NCBI GenBank assembly: GCA_038087875.1
Contig: CM075977.1
Location: 212,164,001 to 212,228,000 of the forward strand
Source of the DNA: Malacoraja senta
Taxonomy: Eukaryota
Direction: 5' to 3'
DNA: 64,000 bases
Part shown: positions 12,875 through 26,122 of the stretch, piece after piece
Position numbering within the stretch: the first letter of the stretch is position 1
Layout of the letters: each line of letters starts with the position of its first letter
The notes under the pieces: generated by a model
The model's input: only the letters and a program-made list of their open reading frames with translations
What the model was told of the DNA's origin: nothing
The model's database searches: none
Position numbers and translations under genes: made by a program

Positions 12875-13012
12875 TTTAAGAAGGAACTGCAGATGCTAGA
12901 AAATCGAAGGTAGACAAAAATGCTGGAGAAACTCAGCGGGTGAGGCAGCATCTATGGAGCGAAGGAAATAGGCAACGTTTCAGGTCGAAACCCTTCTCCA
13001 GCATTTTTGTCT
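12875..13012 (-). mobile_element. Penelope-terminus-derived short insertion with 17-bp TSD
   Basis: Flanked by accaagtgagatgaatg (12858-12874, 13013-13029). The body matches the reverse of the 59760-59852 Penelope end. Confidence 0.75.
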
Positions 13013-14097
13013 ACCAAGTGAGATGAATGACCAGTTTATATTAGTAATGTTTTTGAAAGAAAAACATTGGCGATGATACCAAGGCAATTCTTTACTGTGC
13101 TTTCAAATATACCATGTGGTCTTTAATTTTCTCATCCAAAAGGTAGAACCTCTAATGGTGTAGCTGTCCTTCAATATTCCATTGCATTTTTTAAAATAGA
13201 ATTTTGCTTAAGTCTGCCATTTCTAATTCAAAGTGTGCTGGTTTTTGATACTAAAATTATGTGGTGAACAAACTGGGTTTAGCTTGTTTAAAGTTCTGAA
13301 GAAGTAACTAATACCTGTTGAAAAACTACACTTCAATCTGGTTTAAACTCAGAAAATGTGTATCAAAGATCGACACAGAGTGCTGGGTCAGGCAGCATCT
13401 CAGGGGAAAAAGGATGGGTGACGTTTTGAGTCGGAACCCTTCTTCTGACTGAAGTTCAGAAAATGTGTATCTTTTTATAAGCTTTATAATTACATTTTGA
13501 AGCCATTGGTTAAATAGGCACAAATACATTGCTGGAATGATACACTTTTTTTCGCAGCCCTCTGTTACATCCTGTGAGATATGATGAATATTCTGCTGCC
13601 TGAATGATGAACGATATGAATCATCTAATGCCCTCAGGAGAAACGTGATGCTTTAACAAAGATTAATAGAATTTAAACTCCAAGAAACCTCAAGAACCAA
13701 GTGTACTGAGTGCAAGAAGATAAATCCTCTTCTTCTTGCGTATGGCGTGCACAGCCTAAAGTTGTAGATCAAGGGTAGACATCCAGGCCAGGACAGCACC
13801 AGTTACTGGGTGGATGGTTTTGATGCCCCCAGGGAAAAGCCTCAGTGGGCAGTCATTCACAATGTGTGGGATGGTCTAGTCTGGATGTCCGCAGTCACAA
13901 GCAGGGCTGTCTGTCATTCCCCACTTATGCAGGTGATGGGCTGTTTTTGCATGGAGGGTGCGGATTCTGTTCAGAAGAAGATAAATGAAGTTTATTATTT
14001 TATTCGCAACCATCTTTTCCAACTGAACGTTAAATTTTCTATCATGTATCGTTACTCACTAGGCCATGTTGATCCTACTCGTCACGATATTCTTGGA

Positions 14098-14304
14098 TAG
14101 ACACAAAAAGCTGGAGTAACTCAGCGGGTTAGACAGCATCTCTTGAGAAAAGGAATAGGTAATGTTTCTTCAGACATCTGAAGAAGGGTCTTGACCCGAA
14201 AGGCCACCTACCCCTTTTCTCCAGAGATGCTGTCTCACTAGCTGAGTTACTCCAGCTTTTTGTGTCTATCTTCGGTTTAAACCAGCATCTGCAGTTCCTT
14301 CCTA
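14098..14304 (+). mobile_element. Fold-back Penelope-terminus-derived insertion with 15-bp TSD
   Basis: Flanked by cacgatattcttgga (14083-14097, 14305-14319). Inverted arms span about 14098-14268. Contains CTGAAGAAGGGTCTTGACCCGAAA (14178-14201). Confidence 0.75.
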
Positions 14305-15536
14305 CACGATATTCTTGGAGTTGATATGTAGTGAAGATCCTATCCAATATGCCTTTAGATGGATGGAATTCAAGCTCAGATTAAGGCAGCAGCTTTTCGG
14401 ACATTGTAGGGAGCAGCTGTGGAAGGTGCTGGTGATGACTTTCCTTTGCCAGTAGCAGAGAGATTTCTCTGTAGTTACCACAGTGGGATTTGTCTCCTTT
14501 CCCGAAGATGGTCTTGATTACAACATCCCTGAGATCTCCCAGATGTCCTCCACTTCCCAGAGATGAGATTGTGAATTAGTAAAAAAAAAAAGAACTGCAG
14601 GAGTCTTCTCGTTGAAGACAGTGCCATTCAAGGTATAGTCTGCTCATTAAAATGTATCGATGGCATGATGCCAAAGTCAGTATTTAAAAGGAAATAACCA
14701 ATCATTTAGGAAAGCTGAATACAATGAAACTTAAAAGAATACAAAGTGCTGGAGTAACTCAAGTCAGGCAGCAACTCTGGAGAAAAAGGATAGGTAATGT
14801 TTCGGGTCAGGACCTTTCTTTTTCTGAAGAGGCCTGAATAAGGGTCCCAACCCAAAATATCACCTTTCCTTTTTCTCCAGGGATGCTGTCTGACCCTCTG
14901 TTATCCAAGCACTTTGTAACTATCTTTGTGAATATGTGATTGGAGTTTGTCTCCACCATGTTTTTTAAGTTCAGTGAGGATACTCTGTGCTTCTAAGACT
15001 TCGTCATTTTGCAGTGGGCATATGGCCTTTTAGTCAATCTGAGGCAACAAGGCTGGACCCAGTAGCTATGTAGTCAAGGACATTCACTTCAATGACAGAA
15101 TTGCAGCAAGGAGCCCATCAAAGGATGCCTTACAGTAGGTGCTGACTGCCCTGCTGTCTTGGCAAGTGATAGAGTGCTTGCGGGCCAGGGAGCATCTGTG
15201 GAGGGAATGAACAGGTGATATATCAGATTGGGACTCTTTTTCAGTCTGTCCATGATAGGTTGTCCTCTGCTCTTGGCTTTCATTGAGTGGGCTCATAGGT
15301 ATTTGGGCCATAGCTGGCAGTGGCATCACTGAAATATCAGTGAGTTGCTGGATCCCTTTCACTATTTCCACCCGATTTGTGTTCGCCAGGCCACTAGTTT
15401 TCTATAGGCCCTTTAACTTCAGGTTCATGCAGAGCTGCTTCTCTTCCCCTTGTGGAGCTTCCAGTCCAGGAACAACTCATAGTTTAGATTAGTTTATTAA
15501 AGCCACGTGTACCGAGGTACAGTGAAAAGCTTTTTG

Positions 15537-15795
15537 TTTTTAGTTTAGTTTAGAGATACAGAGTGGAAACAGGCCCTTCGGCCCACCGAGTCCACACCGA
15601 CCTGCGATCCCCGCACACGAACACTATCCTACACACACTAGGGATAATCCATAAATTTACCGAAGCCAATTAACCTACAAACCTATACGTCTTTGGTGTG
15701 TGGGAGGAAACCGGAGCACCCGGAGAAAACCCATGCAGTCACAGGGAGAACGTACAAACTCCGTACAGACAGCACCCGTAGTCAGGATCGAACCC
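15537..15795 (-). mobile_element. V-SINE (HE1-like), 5'-truncated
   Basis: Reverse-strand match to the other SINE copies, with a (tttag)n tail. Confidence 0.8.
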
Positions 15796-18479
15796 ATTGA
15801 AAACCACAATCCACCCAGCAGAATCCCAGTGTAAATGGAGGAAGAAGTACATCATTTCACAAACAACCCACTCGCCCACTCTATACTTCCTGCTCTACCT
15901 GTAGCCTCATCAGCCACAGGGCACAACAGAACTGGGCTGTAGAGGATGTCGTCCTTGATCCCATGGGACCACCGATGAAGAAGAATGTCTCTCACAAGGA
16001 CAATTATTTTACTTTGCTTACTTCGTTTGCCCTCAAGTTCTTGCTGGGAACTGGCAGCTAAGGAGCTCTGAAAAATGTGCCGGAAATCGATTCCTGGATT
16101 ATCAGTGAAGGTCATAAAAGGCAACATTGCTGATCCTTACTTGCTGAATGTTACTAATGATGTGGAAGCTGCTGATATGTGGAATTACTTATTGTGCTGT
16201 TTCTTTTTGTGTATTTAATACAATCGATATAGGTTTTGTTGTCAATGACATTTATAAAATAAAAGATGCACTACAAGTCTTACAACCAGAGGTCATTTGG
16301 AAAAACCTGTAACATGACTGTAGTGTTGTCTGAAGCTAGCAGTCACAAAACTTTACACAAAGCCAATCTCCCTGTGGAATCCCCTTTAATTATCCAATCC
16401 CTCTGTTAAAAAAAATGTATATGTATAAAATGGTATGGTTTTGACAGCACCTCATTAGCAAACCTTAAGCATCACTGGAAAAACAAGTTGCACTTCATCG
16501 TAAGAAATCCTGCTTGAGATGCTGGAGGTAATAAAACCAAGCTGTTTGGAACACTGAGGGGAAAAAAAGATATAAAGTGCTGGAGTAACTCAGTGGGTCA
16601 GGCAGCAGTGTGAGAGAAACTCACAATTCAAATGCATTATTCGGGCAGCCTCTTAACACACAATGCACAAAAAATTGATATTAGGATTTAGCTACGAATA
16701 CATTCAGAGAAATTACTTGGACCTGAAAACCTGCTAATCCACAGAGTTGGAACATATCTGAAAAATGCATCACCTGTATCACCTTCAATTGGACTTTACT
16801 GGACTTTATCTTACACCAAACATTTCTGTACACTGTGGATGGCTCGGTTGTAATCATGTATTGTCTTTCCACTGTTTAGTTGTCAATGAAATGTATTAAA
16901 TTAAAGCTTACATCCAGAGGTCATTTGGAAATGATCACTCCATGCATTTTTGTGAAAGGTTCCAGCTCTGTTGATTAGCCGGTTTCCAGGTCCAAGAAAT
17001 TGCCCCAAATCTATTCATAGCTAATTTCTAACGTAAATTTTTTGTGCATTATGTGTTAAGAGGCTGCCCTCATAATGGATGTGCTCTCACACTGCAAGGT
17101 AACAAAGGCTGAGAGATGGAACGAACACGACTGTCCTTGAATAACCTCTGCTTCTCATGCATTTCTGCACAAAGCGGTAGAGATAGAGGTGCCAGCTGCA
17201 GTTTTATTCTCAGTGGGGATGGTTGTGGGATGACGATGCCTGGCTGTTTTGACATTTCATCTCACGATATTGTAATCTACAATTATATTTTTAACAGTTG
17301 TGGGCTGTAAATAATTTGTACCTGTTATCTAGATATTGGATATGTCCTGTTCGATGTTTCTCATTTCGTCTTTTGGCCAAGATTCCCTCAACTAATACAA
17401 TTGTAAAGTAGATAATGCAATATTATTCTGTATGTGGTTGTACAACACACAGCGGTATAATAATGATTAATTAATTGCAAAATATTATGGGGCTTCTCTG
17501 AATAACGTATAATCACAACACATTTGCAACAAGTTTTCTTTTTTGTTAATACATTTTTCCTCAGATTGAAGGCAGGTTCTCTGGATACTTTCAAGACAGA
17601 GCTAGATAGGGCTCTTAAAGATAGCGGAGTCAGGGGATATGGGGAGAAGGCAGGAACGGGGTACTGATTAGGGATGATCAGCCATGATCACAGTGAATGG
17701 CTCGAAGGGCCGAATGGCCTACTGCTGCACATATTGTCTATTATCTATTGAAACAAAGAACTACAGATGTTGGTGAGTACACAAAAGGACACAAAGTGTT
17801 GGAGTAACACAGCAGATCATGCAGCAACCTTCCTGACGCACTGAGTTACTCCAGCATTTTGTGTCTATTCAGAATAAATCAACATCTGCAGTTTCTTCCT
17901 ACACAACTCTGGAGAACATGGATCGATGACGTTTTGTCATCTATTCATGTTCTCCAGATATGCTGCATGACCCACTGAGTTACTGCAGCATATTTTGTCC
18001 TTTTTACCTCAGCTTGAGGTATTTTAAGCACATTTTTTTACTGCAGACTGAAGAAGAATTCCAACCTGAAATGTCCATTCGCTCCACAGATGCTGCCTGG
18101 CCCGCACTTTGTGTTTTGCTCATCATTTCTACACCCTCCAACATCTAGCTGCGAAATAATTTTTTTATGATGGGATGCCATCTGCCTCTCCAGTCAGGTT
18201 TAGTGGCTGCTAATGTGGTCACGTCGGGTGCTATAAACATGTTGGTACAGCGAGGCTCGGGTAGCTGTGCACCAGCTTCTGAGCAAGAAAATTATAAAGC
18301 TCAAGTACTGTTTCAGCACTGAGGGAATGAAAAACAGAACATGGTGCAAATGCTCTGCTGGTCAGGCAGCATCTGTGGAAAGAGAAATAAACATAATATT
18401 TCAGGTCAAAGATTGGGATAAAACAAAGGGATTACCTTTGATAGACAATAGGTGCAGGAGTAGGCTATTTGGAATGTTG

Positions 18480-19701
18480 AAACCTGCTGAAATGTTTGCC
18501 GCATTTTCTGTTTTGTTTTCAGAATTCCAGCATCTGCAGGTTTTTATTTCAGTAAGTGTGGGTATGTTATACTGTCAGAGACTGTGGCGTTGGACTTGCA
18601 CCTTCTGAAGAGTGTGCCGGGGAGGGTTGTGTGGCACACACCACACCAAAAGCATCCAGAGAACCTGCCTCCACCGCCCTCTGAGGCAGAGAATTCCACA
18701 GACTCACCACTCTCTGTGAGAAAAAGTGTTTCCTCGTCTCCGTTCTAAATGACTTACTCCTTATTCTTAAACTGTGGCCCCTGGTTCTGGACTCCCCCAA
18801 CATCGGGAACATGTTTCCTGCCTCTAGCGTGTCCAAGCCCTTAACAATCTCGTGAGGACAAGATTGTTTTGGGAATGTGTTGTTGATGGGGCAGTTGAAA
18901 GGTGACATAAAATGTTGCAAATAGGTCAGGGTGAGCCTTTAGTTTAGTGTGGAAATGGGCCCTTCAGCCCACCGGGTACCACACCAACTATGGATCACAC
19001 GTTCACACTAATTCTTGGTCATCCCATTTTCTCATCCACTCCCTACACATTAGGGGCTTCTTTGTTTTACTGGGTCATACTGACCTGCAAACCCACATGT
19101 CTTTGGAATGTGGGAGGAAACCGGAGCACCCGGAGGAAACCTGCATGGTCACAGGGTGAGTGTGCAAACTTCACCCAAGGTCAGGATCAATCCTGATTCT
19201 CAGCCTCTGTGCTGCTGGAGAGGTTTAAAAAAAAACGGAGCCAATATCACAGATAACTTACAGCAAACAAAATGCCTATATTGTGACAGATCGAGAAAGC
19301 AAATTATTGGTAGCTGAAGAATTCGATATTGAGTTGAGAAAGTTGCTTAACACAGCACGTGGGTAAGAAAAGTTTTATTTTTTCTTTACACGTAAGCTAG
19401 CAGACCTGCTGAATGTATAGGAAGGAACGCCAGATGCTGGTTTACACCAAAGACAGGCTTATAAGTCAGTGGTTCTGGCAGCATCTCTGGAGAAAAGGAC
19501 TAGGTGACATTTCGGGTCAGAACCCTGGTTCAAACCCGCTGAAATGTTTGCCGCATTTTCTGTTTTGTTTTCAGAATTCCAGCATCTGCAGGTTTTTATT
19601 TCAGTAAGTGTGGGAATGTTATACTGTCAGAGACTGTGGTGTTGGACTTGCACCTTCTGAAGAGTGTGCCAGGGAGGGTTGTGTGGCACACACCACACCA
19701 A
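18480..19701 (+). repeat. 170-bp direct duplication (18480-18649 and 19532-19701)
   Basis: The two copies differ at 4 positions by manual alignment. Confidence 0.9.
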
Positions 19702-19779
19702 CGTAGGACAATTGGCCCACCTCATGGTCCCTGACGCCAAGCCCCTCACGCTAATGAACTGTAGCTGCACAGAAAAGAC

Positions 19780-20560
19780 ATTGAAAATAGGTGCAGGAGT
19801 AGGCCATTTGGCCCTTCGAGCTAGCACCACCATTCAATGTGATCATGGCTGATCATCCACAATCAGTACCCCGTTCCTGCCTTCTCCCCATATCCCTTGA
19901 TTCCGCTAACGCTAAGAGCTCTATCTAACTCTCTTTTGAAAGCATCCAGTGAATTGGCCTTCACCGACTTCTGAGGTAGAGAATTCCACGAATTCAAAAC
20001 ACTCTGGGTGAAAAAGTTTTTCCTCATCTCAGTTCTAAGTGGCCTACCCCTTATTCGTAAACTGTGGCCCCTGGTTCTGGACTCCCCCAACATCGGGAAT
20101 ATGTTTCGTGCATCTAGCTTGACCAATCCTTTAATAATTTTATATGTTTCTATAAGATTCCCTCTCATCCTTCTAAATTCTAGTGAATACAAGCCTAGTC
20201 GTTCCATTCTTTCATCATATGACAGTCCCGCCATCCCGGGAATTAACCTTAGTGAACCCACGCTGCACTCCCTCAATAGCAAGTATGTCCATCCTCAAAT
20301 TATGAGACCAAACTCAATAATTGAGTTTGGTCTCATAATTTGAGTATTGAGACCACACCTGCACACAATACTCCAGGTGTGGTCTCACCAGGGCCCTGTA
20401 CAACTGCAGAATGACCTCTTTGCTCCTGTACTCAACTCCTCTCGCAATGAAGGCCAACATGCCATTACCTTTTTTCACTGCCTGCTGTACCTGCATGCTT
20501 ACTTTCAGTGACTGATGTACAAGGACAACCAGATCTCGTTGCACTTCCCCTTTTCCTAAA
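19780..20560 (-). mobile_element. CR1/HER1 LINE 3' fragment
   Basis: ORFs 20314-20634 and 19863-20282 encode LYRALVRPHLEYCVQ and LGLYSLEFRRMRGNLIETYK...NSWNSLP. Confidence 0.9.
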
Positions 20561-21835
20561 CTGATGCCATCCTTCATCTGCAAGAGGAAATTATGGGCTT
20601 GGTTAACCTTTTCTTCATCTGCAAAGGAAACCATGGCGTGTGGAGTCAGAGAGAACCAACACTTTGAGAGCTTACTTTAAATGTTAATTTAAGATCTGCA
20701 CTGAATATTTATGAGTCCCTGATCTGAAACAAGCATTCAAACCTGGCAAAGCCCTTTCATGCACACAGAGAGAAATCTGAAGAGCACCATCTGTAGTTCT
20801 GCCTTGCACCATTGTCATGGCTCAAGCAGCAAATAGTCACATGCTGGAGGCAGCTTACACACTCTCATCTGAGTCAATGAGTGAATGTGTTTGTGCAAAT
20901 GAGGGTAAACATTACTGTAAACAGTATAAGGCCTTCCATCTGGACCAGTCATAACCTTTTGTTTTTATCCCAATACCAAATCAGATGGGTAAGGTCCTCA
21001 CTATTGCTCCTCTGCTTTTACCATGGAGTTCGAGTTTAGCTTATTGTCACATATACCGAGGTACAGTGAAAAGCTTTTGTTGCGTGCTAACCAGTCAATG
21101 GTAAGACAATACGTGATTGCAATCAAGCCATCCACAGTGTGTGGATACATGATAAAGGGAATAACGTGAATAATATTTAGTGCAAGATAAAGTCCAGTGA
21201 AAAGAGAATGACATGAGAGTAGGGAATTTGGGAAAGACATGCAGACTAGGGATCTTGGGATAGTTAATGGAGATGTCTTAACGACAGCCCATATTACAAT
21301 CAAGGAGATGTTGGATGTCTTAGGACATTAGGGTGGAAGATATACTCCCGGGCCTGATCAGATATATTCAAGGACCCTGTGGGGTACTAGAGAAGAAATT
21401 GCAGGAGCCTTGACTGAGATATAGGAAGTTTCGTTAGACACAGGTGCGATGCTGGATGACTGAAGGGTGGCTAATGTTGTACCTCTGTTTACGAAAAACT
21501 TGTAAAGAAAAAGCTTCCTAATCCCCAGAGATGCTGCCTGACCCGCTGTGTTACTCCAGTATGTTGTGTCTATCTTCAGTCTAAACTAGCATCTGCAGAT
21601 CCTTCCTATACAAAAAAAAACTGGGACCTATAGACCAGTAAGTCTAACAACAATGGTAGGAAAATTACTGGAGATGATTCTGAAGGACATGCATTTGGAA
21701 AGACAGGAATAGTCAATAGGAATTAGGGATAGTCAGCATGGTTTTGTGCATGGGAAATCCTGTCTCATGAATTTGAGTTTTTGAAGAAGAAACCAAGAAA
21801 GTTAATGCGGGCAGGACCATAGACATAGTCTATAT

Positions 21836-22150
21836 CAGGGGTCGGCAACCTCGTTCTGCATAGGGTCAAGGACGCATGTCTGTGAGCGGATGGCGGGCCA
21901 CATCTATCACGTGTACACCTGGATCCCGCCCCCATCCCGCCCAGGATGGCAGGCATCAAAACACGTGTTCACAGAAGGCGCGTGGCCGTGCCGGTGGCTT
22001 TATGCAGGATGCGGTACAGCCAGAGCTCAGTGGCGCTCGCCACTCAGCTGCACTCGGCGCTCGATTACGGGAAAAAAATCCACCTGCGGGCCGGATGATT
22101 TTGGGTTACGGGCTGCATTCGGCCCGGGGGCCGTAGGTTTCTGACCCCTG
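21836..22150. mobile_element. hAT-type MITE inserted in a CR1 RT fragment
   Basis: TIRs caggggtcggcaacct / aggtttctgacccctg. 8-bp TSD gtctatat (21828-21835) / gtctaaat (22151-22158). Confidence 0.8.
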
Positions 22151-23214
22151 GTCTAAATATTTAATTTAGTTAATTGTCACATGTACTGAGGTACAGTGAA
22201 AAGCTTTTGTTCCATGCTATCCAGTCAGCAGAAAGACAATACATGATTACAATCGATCCATTTACAGTGTATAGATACATGATAAGGGAATAACGTTTAG
22301 TGCAAGATAAAGCCAGCAAAATCCGATGAAGGATAGTCCGAGGGTCACCAAAACGGTAGATAAGTCAGCACTGAATAGTTCAGAACTGCTATATGGACTT
22401 CAGCAAGTCCATTGGTAAGGTTCCACACGGTAGGCTGCTCTGGAAGGATAAATTGCATGGGATTCAAGGAGAGCTCATCAACTGCATACAGAGCAAAACA
22501 CAAAGTGGTGGAGGAACTCGGTGGGTAAGGCAGCATTTGGGGAGGGAATGGCAAGACAACATTACATGTCTGAACCCTTCTTCCGGCTAATTGGAGTAAG
22601 GGGCAGAAAGCTGGAAGAGAGAGGTGGGGCAGGACAAAGCTGGCATGTGATAGGTGGTACAAGATAGCGGTTTGGGGGGTTTATTGGATAGTGACAAAGG
22701 CTAGAAGTGAAAATTAAAAAATAAAGGGTGTCAGATAAGGAGAGAGAAGAATGAAATTTTAAACCGGTGTGTGTGTTATGGGTGGAAGGAGGACACAAGG
22801 GAGGGAGGGAAGGAAAAAGGCATGTAAATTACACTTGGACAGGTACATGGGGAGGAAAGATTTAGAGGTATATGGGCCAAAAGAAGGCAAATTGGACTAG
22901 CTTAGATGGAGCATTTTGGTTGACGTGGATGAGTTGTGCTGAGGGGCCTGTTTCTGTGCTGTTTGACTGTGAGTCCAGCATTTTTGTGTACCTACCAGTC
23001 TAAATAGACTCATTTACTTGTGAAATGGTCCTTCGACTGACTTTAAACTTCAGAGATACAGTGCGGAAACAGGTCCTTTGGCCCACTGATTCCGCGCCGA
23101 CAAGTGATCACCTTGTACACTAGTGCTAGTGCTACTGTAGCCTCAACAGCCTTCTGTGGCAATGAATTCCACAGAGTTACCAGCCTGTGCCTTCCAGTTC
23201 TACACTCCCCTGTC

Positions 23215-23388
23215 TTGCAAAAAGGATTTTGATCATCTTTCCGGCGAAGGTGTCTGATCCGGCCCCTGGGATGATTTCCCTGATGCAGCTGTTCGCGGTG
23301 CCAGATCGGACTGCGTTCGCGCGTCTGGCGCGTATGGTCGCATTTTGCCCGTGACCTAAAATGAGTTTAAATGAGTTTGACACCCCTG
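23215..23388. mobile_element. hAT-type MITE end fragment
   Basis: Ends gagtttgacacccctg (reverse complement caggggtgtcaaactc, a hAT-like terminus). GC-rich interior. Confidence 0.5.
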
Positions 23389-25259
23389 ATCTATCCTATC
23401 CAAGCCCCTCATCATTTCATGAGCCTTAATAAAGTCTCCTCTCAGCCTCTTGTATTCCAGTGAGAACAAACCCAGCCTATCTAATGTCTGAAAAACACTA
23501 CAGCCCCTCCATTTCAGGCAACATCCTGGTGAATCTCTTCTGCCCACTGTCTGCTACTGCCCCATCCTTCCAGTAGTGATGACCTGAACTGTACACTGTG
23601 GTCCATGTACTGTCTAAACTATACTTTGTACAACTGCAATGTTACTCCTCTGTTTCTTTCCTACTGTTGTCCCGGGACCAGGTGAGGGGATGATCAGCTT
23701 TGATCACATTGAATGGCGGTACTGGCTCGAAGGGACGGATGGCCTCCTCCTGTACCTATTGTCTATTGTCATAGATCGCATCCCTGTGACTCTTTGTTAT
23801 CACCTCTTCCCCACCCACAATGGGCCATTATTGGCTCCACCCTTCCTTGGTTATGCATTGCTGGCCCTGATTAGTTCTGACCCTATCCTACCTCCAGCCC
23901 CCCCCCCCCCCCCCCACCTCTACTTTCAGTCTGAAGAAGAGTTCCGACCCAAAATGTCACTCATCCTCCTTCTCCAGAGATGCTGCCTGACCCGTTATGT
24001 TACTCCAGCATTCGGTGTGTATCCCTGACAGATAAGCTTACTTGAAGAATCATAGCAACATATGGCCCATCCTCACCTTACTATTAATCAGCCCACTTCT
24101 CAAAGAGTTAAACCCCCAAATCTCCAAGTAATAAACTGTATTTTTTCTCCAAAATATTTAGTCACTGGCAAACAAGATCCTCATCATTCCTCAACCGCAT
24201 TGTCTTTGTACAATTAACAAAACATGAGCTCGTAGAAAGCCGACTTGTCTGGTTGCCCAATATCCTCTGACCTACAGAACTAAATTTGATGACTTATGCC
24301 ACACCAACTCAACAGCCTCCTCAAGCTCAATGCACCACTTGACTCATTTCCTGTCCCCTCATGCAAAAGGAAGGACTTGGTGTTCCTTTTGTGTTGATGA
24401 TTCATGCCACAAAGATGCGTCTGTTGTTCAAAGATCCACAACAAGATGCACTGTTGTGCATCTATCTGGCAATAAAAACAACGATGGATAGATACACAAA
24501 TTAGGATTTAAACAATTACTTTCAGAGTATTCCAAAGCATGAGAAATTAGGATTTGAGTTTGCAGCCATACAATTTATTGATTTGTAATTGATCAGTTTT
24601 TCTTTTCTCTCCAGGATCTTCCATGAGCCAAGTTATAACAACCTGTTACTGAGTCTCCGAGTCTCAGATGTTGCATGTAGAAACAAAGAACTGCAAATGC
24701 TGGTTGATAAGGAATAGTTGACATTCTCTGGAACATCACCTATCCTTTTTCTCCAGAGATGCTGCCTGACCCGTTGAGTTACTCCAGCACTTTGTGTCTA
24801 TTTCAGAGGTTGCATGTTCAGATGATGAGAGGAAATATGATAGTTAATGGCATTTATTGGAATAGACATACCTCAAGTTGTGTTATTCTTGTCCAATATT
24901 ACATGACTGTGATGATACTTCCTGGTAGACATCTTATGGGGTGTGGTATCAGAAAACTATGATCATAGGAGTGATTTTTAGCAAAGTCTCAATTAGCAAA
25001 GTCTCAAAATCTCCTTTGATGGCTTTTTGGGCAGGTGTTCAATTCTGTGGAAATCATATATGATTTTGGAAATTCATAAAAGAGATTTACTAGTGCATCT
25101 GATAAGAGGTCATGTTCCTAAAATGTTTCTCTCTCATCAATTGCTGCATGATCTGCCAAGTAGTTCCAGCATTCTTTCTTTTCTTTATTATTTTCCCTTC
25201 TATGATATTCGCTTGCCAGCTCAATACTTTTCTAGTGACACAATACAAGATGCTTTTTT

Positions 25260-26122
25260 AGTTTAGCTTTAGTTTAGAGATACAGCGTGGAAACAGGCCC
25301 ACCGAGCCCACACCGACCAACGATCCCCGCACATTAACACTATCCTACACACACTAGGGACAATTTACACATACACCAGGCCAATTAACCCTCAAACCTT
25401 TTGGAGATTGGGATGAAACCGAAGATCCCGGATAAAACACACACAGTTATGGGGAGAATGTACAAACTCTGTACAGACAGCACCCGTAGTCGGGATCAAA
25501 CCCTGGTCTCAGGCTTTGCATGCGCTGTAAGGCAGCAACTCTACCGCTGTGCCACCGTGCCACACCATGCTTATTGTGAGATGACTGCAATAACCTAAGG
25601 GATTGATCGGAACTACATTGCAACATTTATTCAGTATCAGTGGTTGATTATCAATCAATCCAAACTCAGCATCTACAAATCATCTTTACGAAATAAACTA
25701 TGAAAAACTGGCAAGTTGCTCAATGAAGGTCGAAAGAACATTGTTATTCTTCATGAGGCAGGAATTGTGAGTTAAAAAATAATCAGATGAAAGTTTAATG
25801 ATAAAGCCTGTACATCCTGTACTGTGGCACAGTGGCGCAGCGGTAGAGTTGCTGCCTTACAGCGCCAGAGATCCGGGTTCGATCCTGACTACAGCTGCTG
25901 TCTGTACAGAATTTTCACGATCTCCTTGTGACCTCGTGGATTTTCTCCGAGTGCTCCAGTTTCCTCCCACACTCCAAAGACGTGCAGGTCTGTAGGTTAA
26001 TTGGCTTCTGTAAATTGTCCCTACTGTGTTGGATAGAACTGGTGTACGGGTGATCGTTGGTCAGCGCAGACTGGGTAGGACGAAGGGTTTGTTTCCATGC
26101 AGTATCTTTAAACTAAACTAAT
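25260..26122. mobile_element. Two divergently oriented V-SINEs (about 25260-25562 on -, about 25825-26122 on +)
   Basis: Both show head, V-core and tail motifs. Confidence 0.8.
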
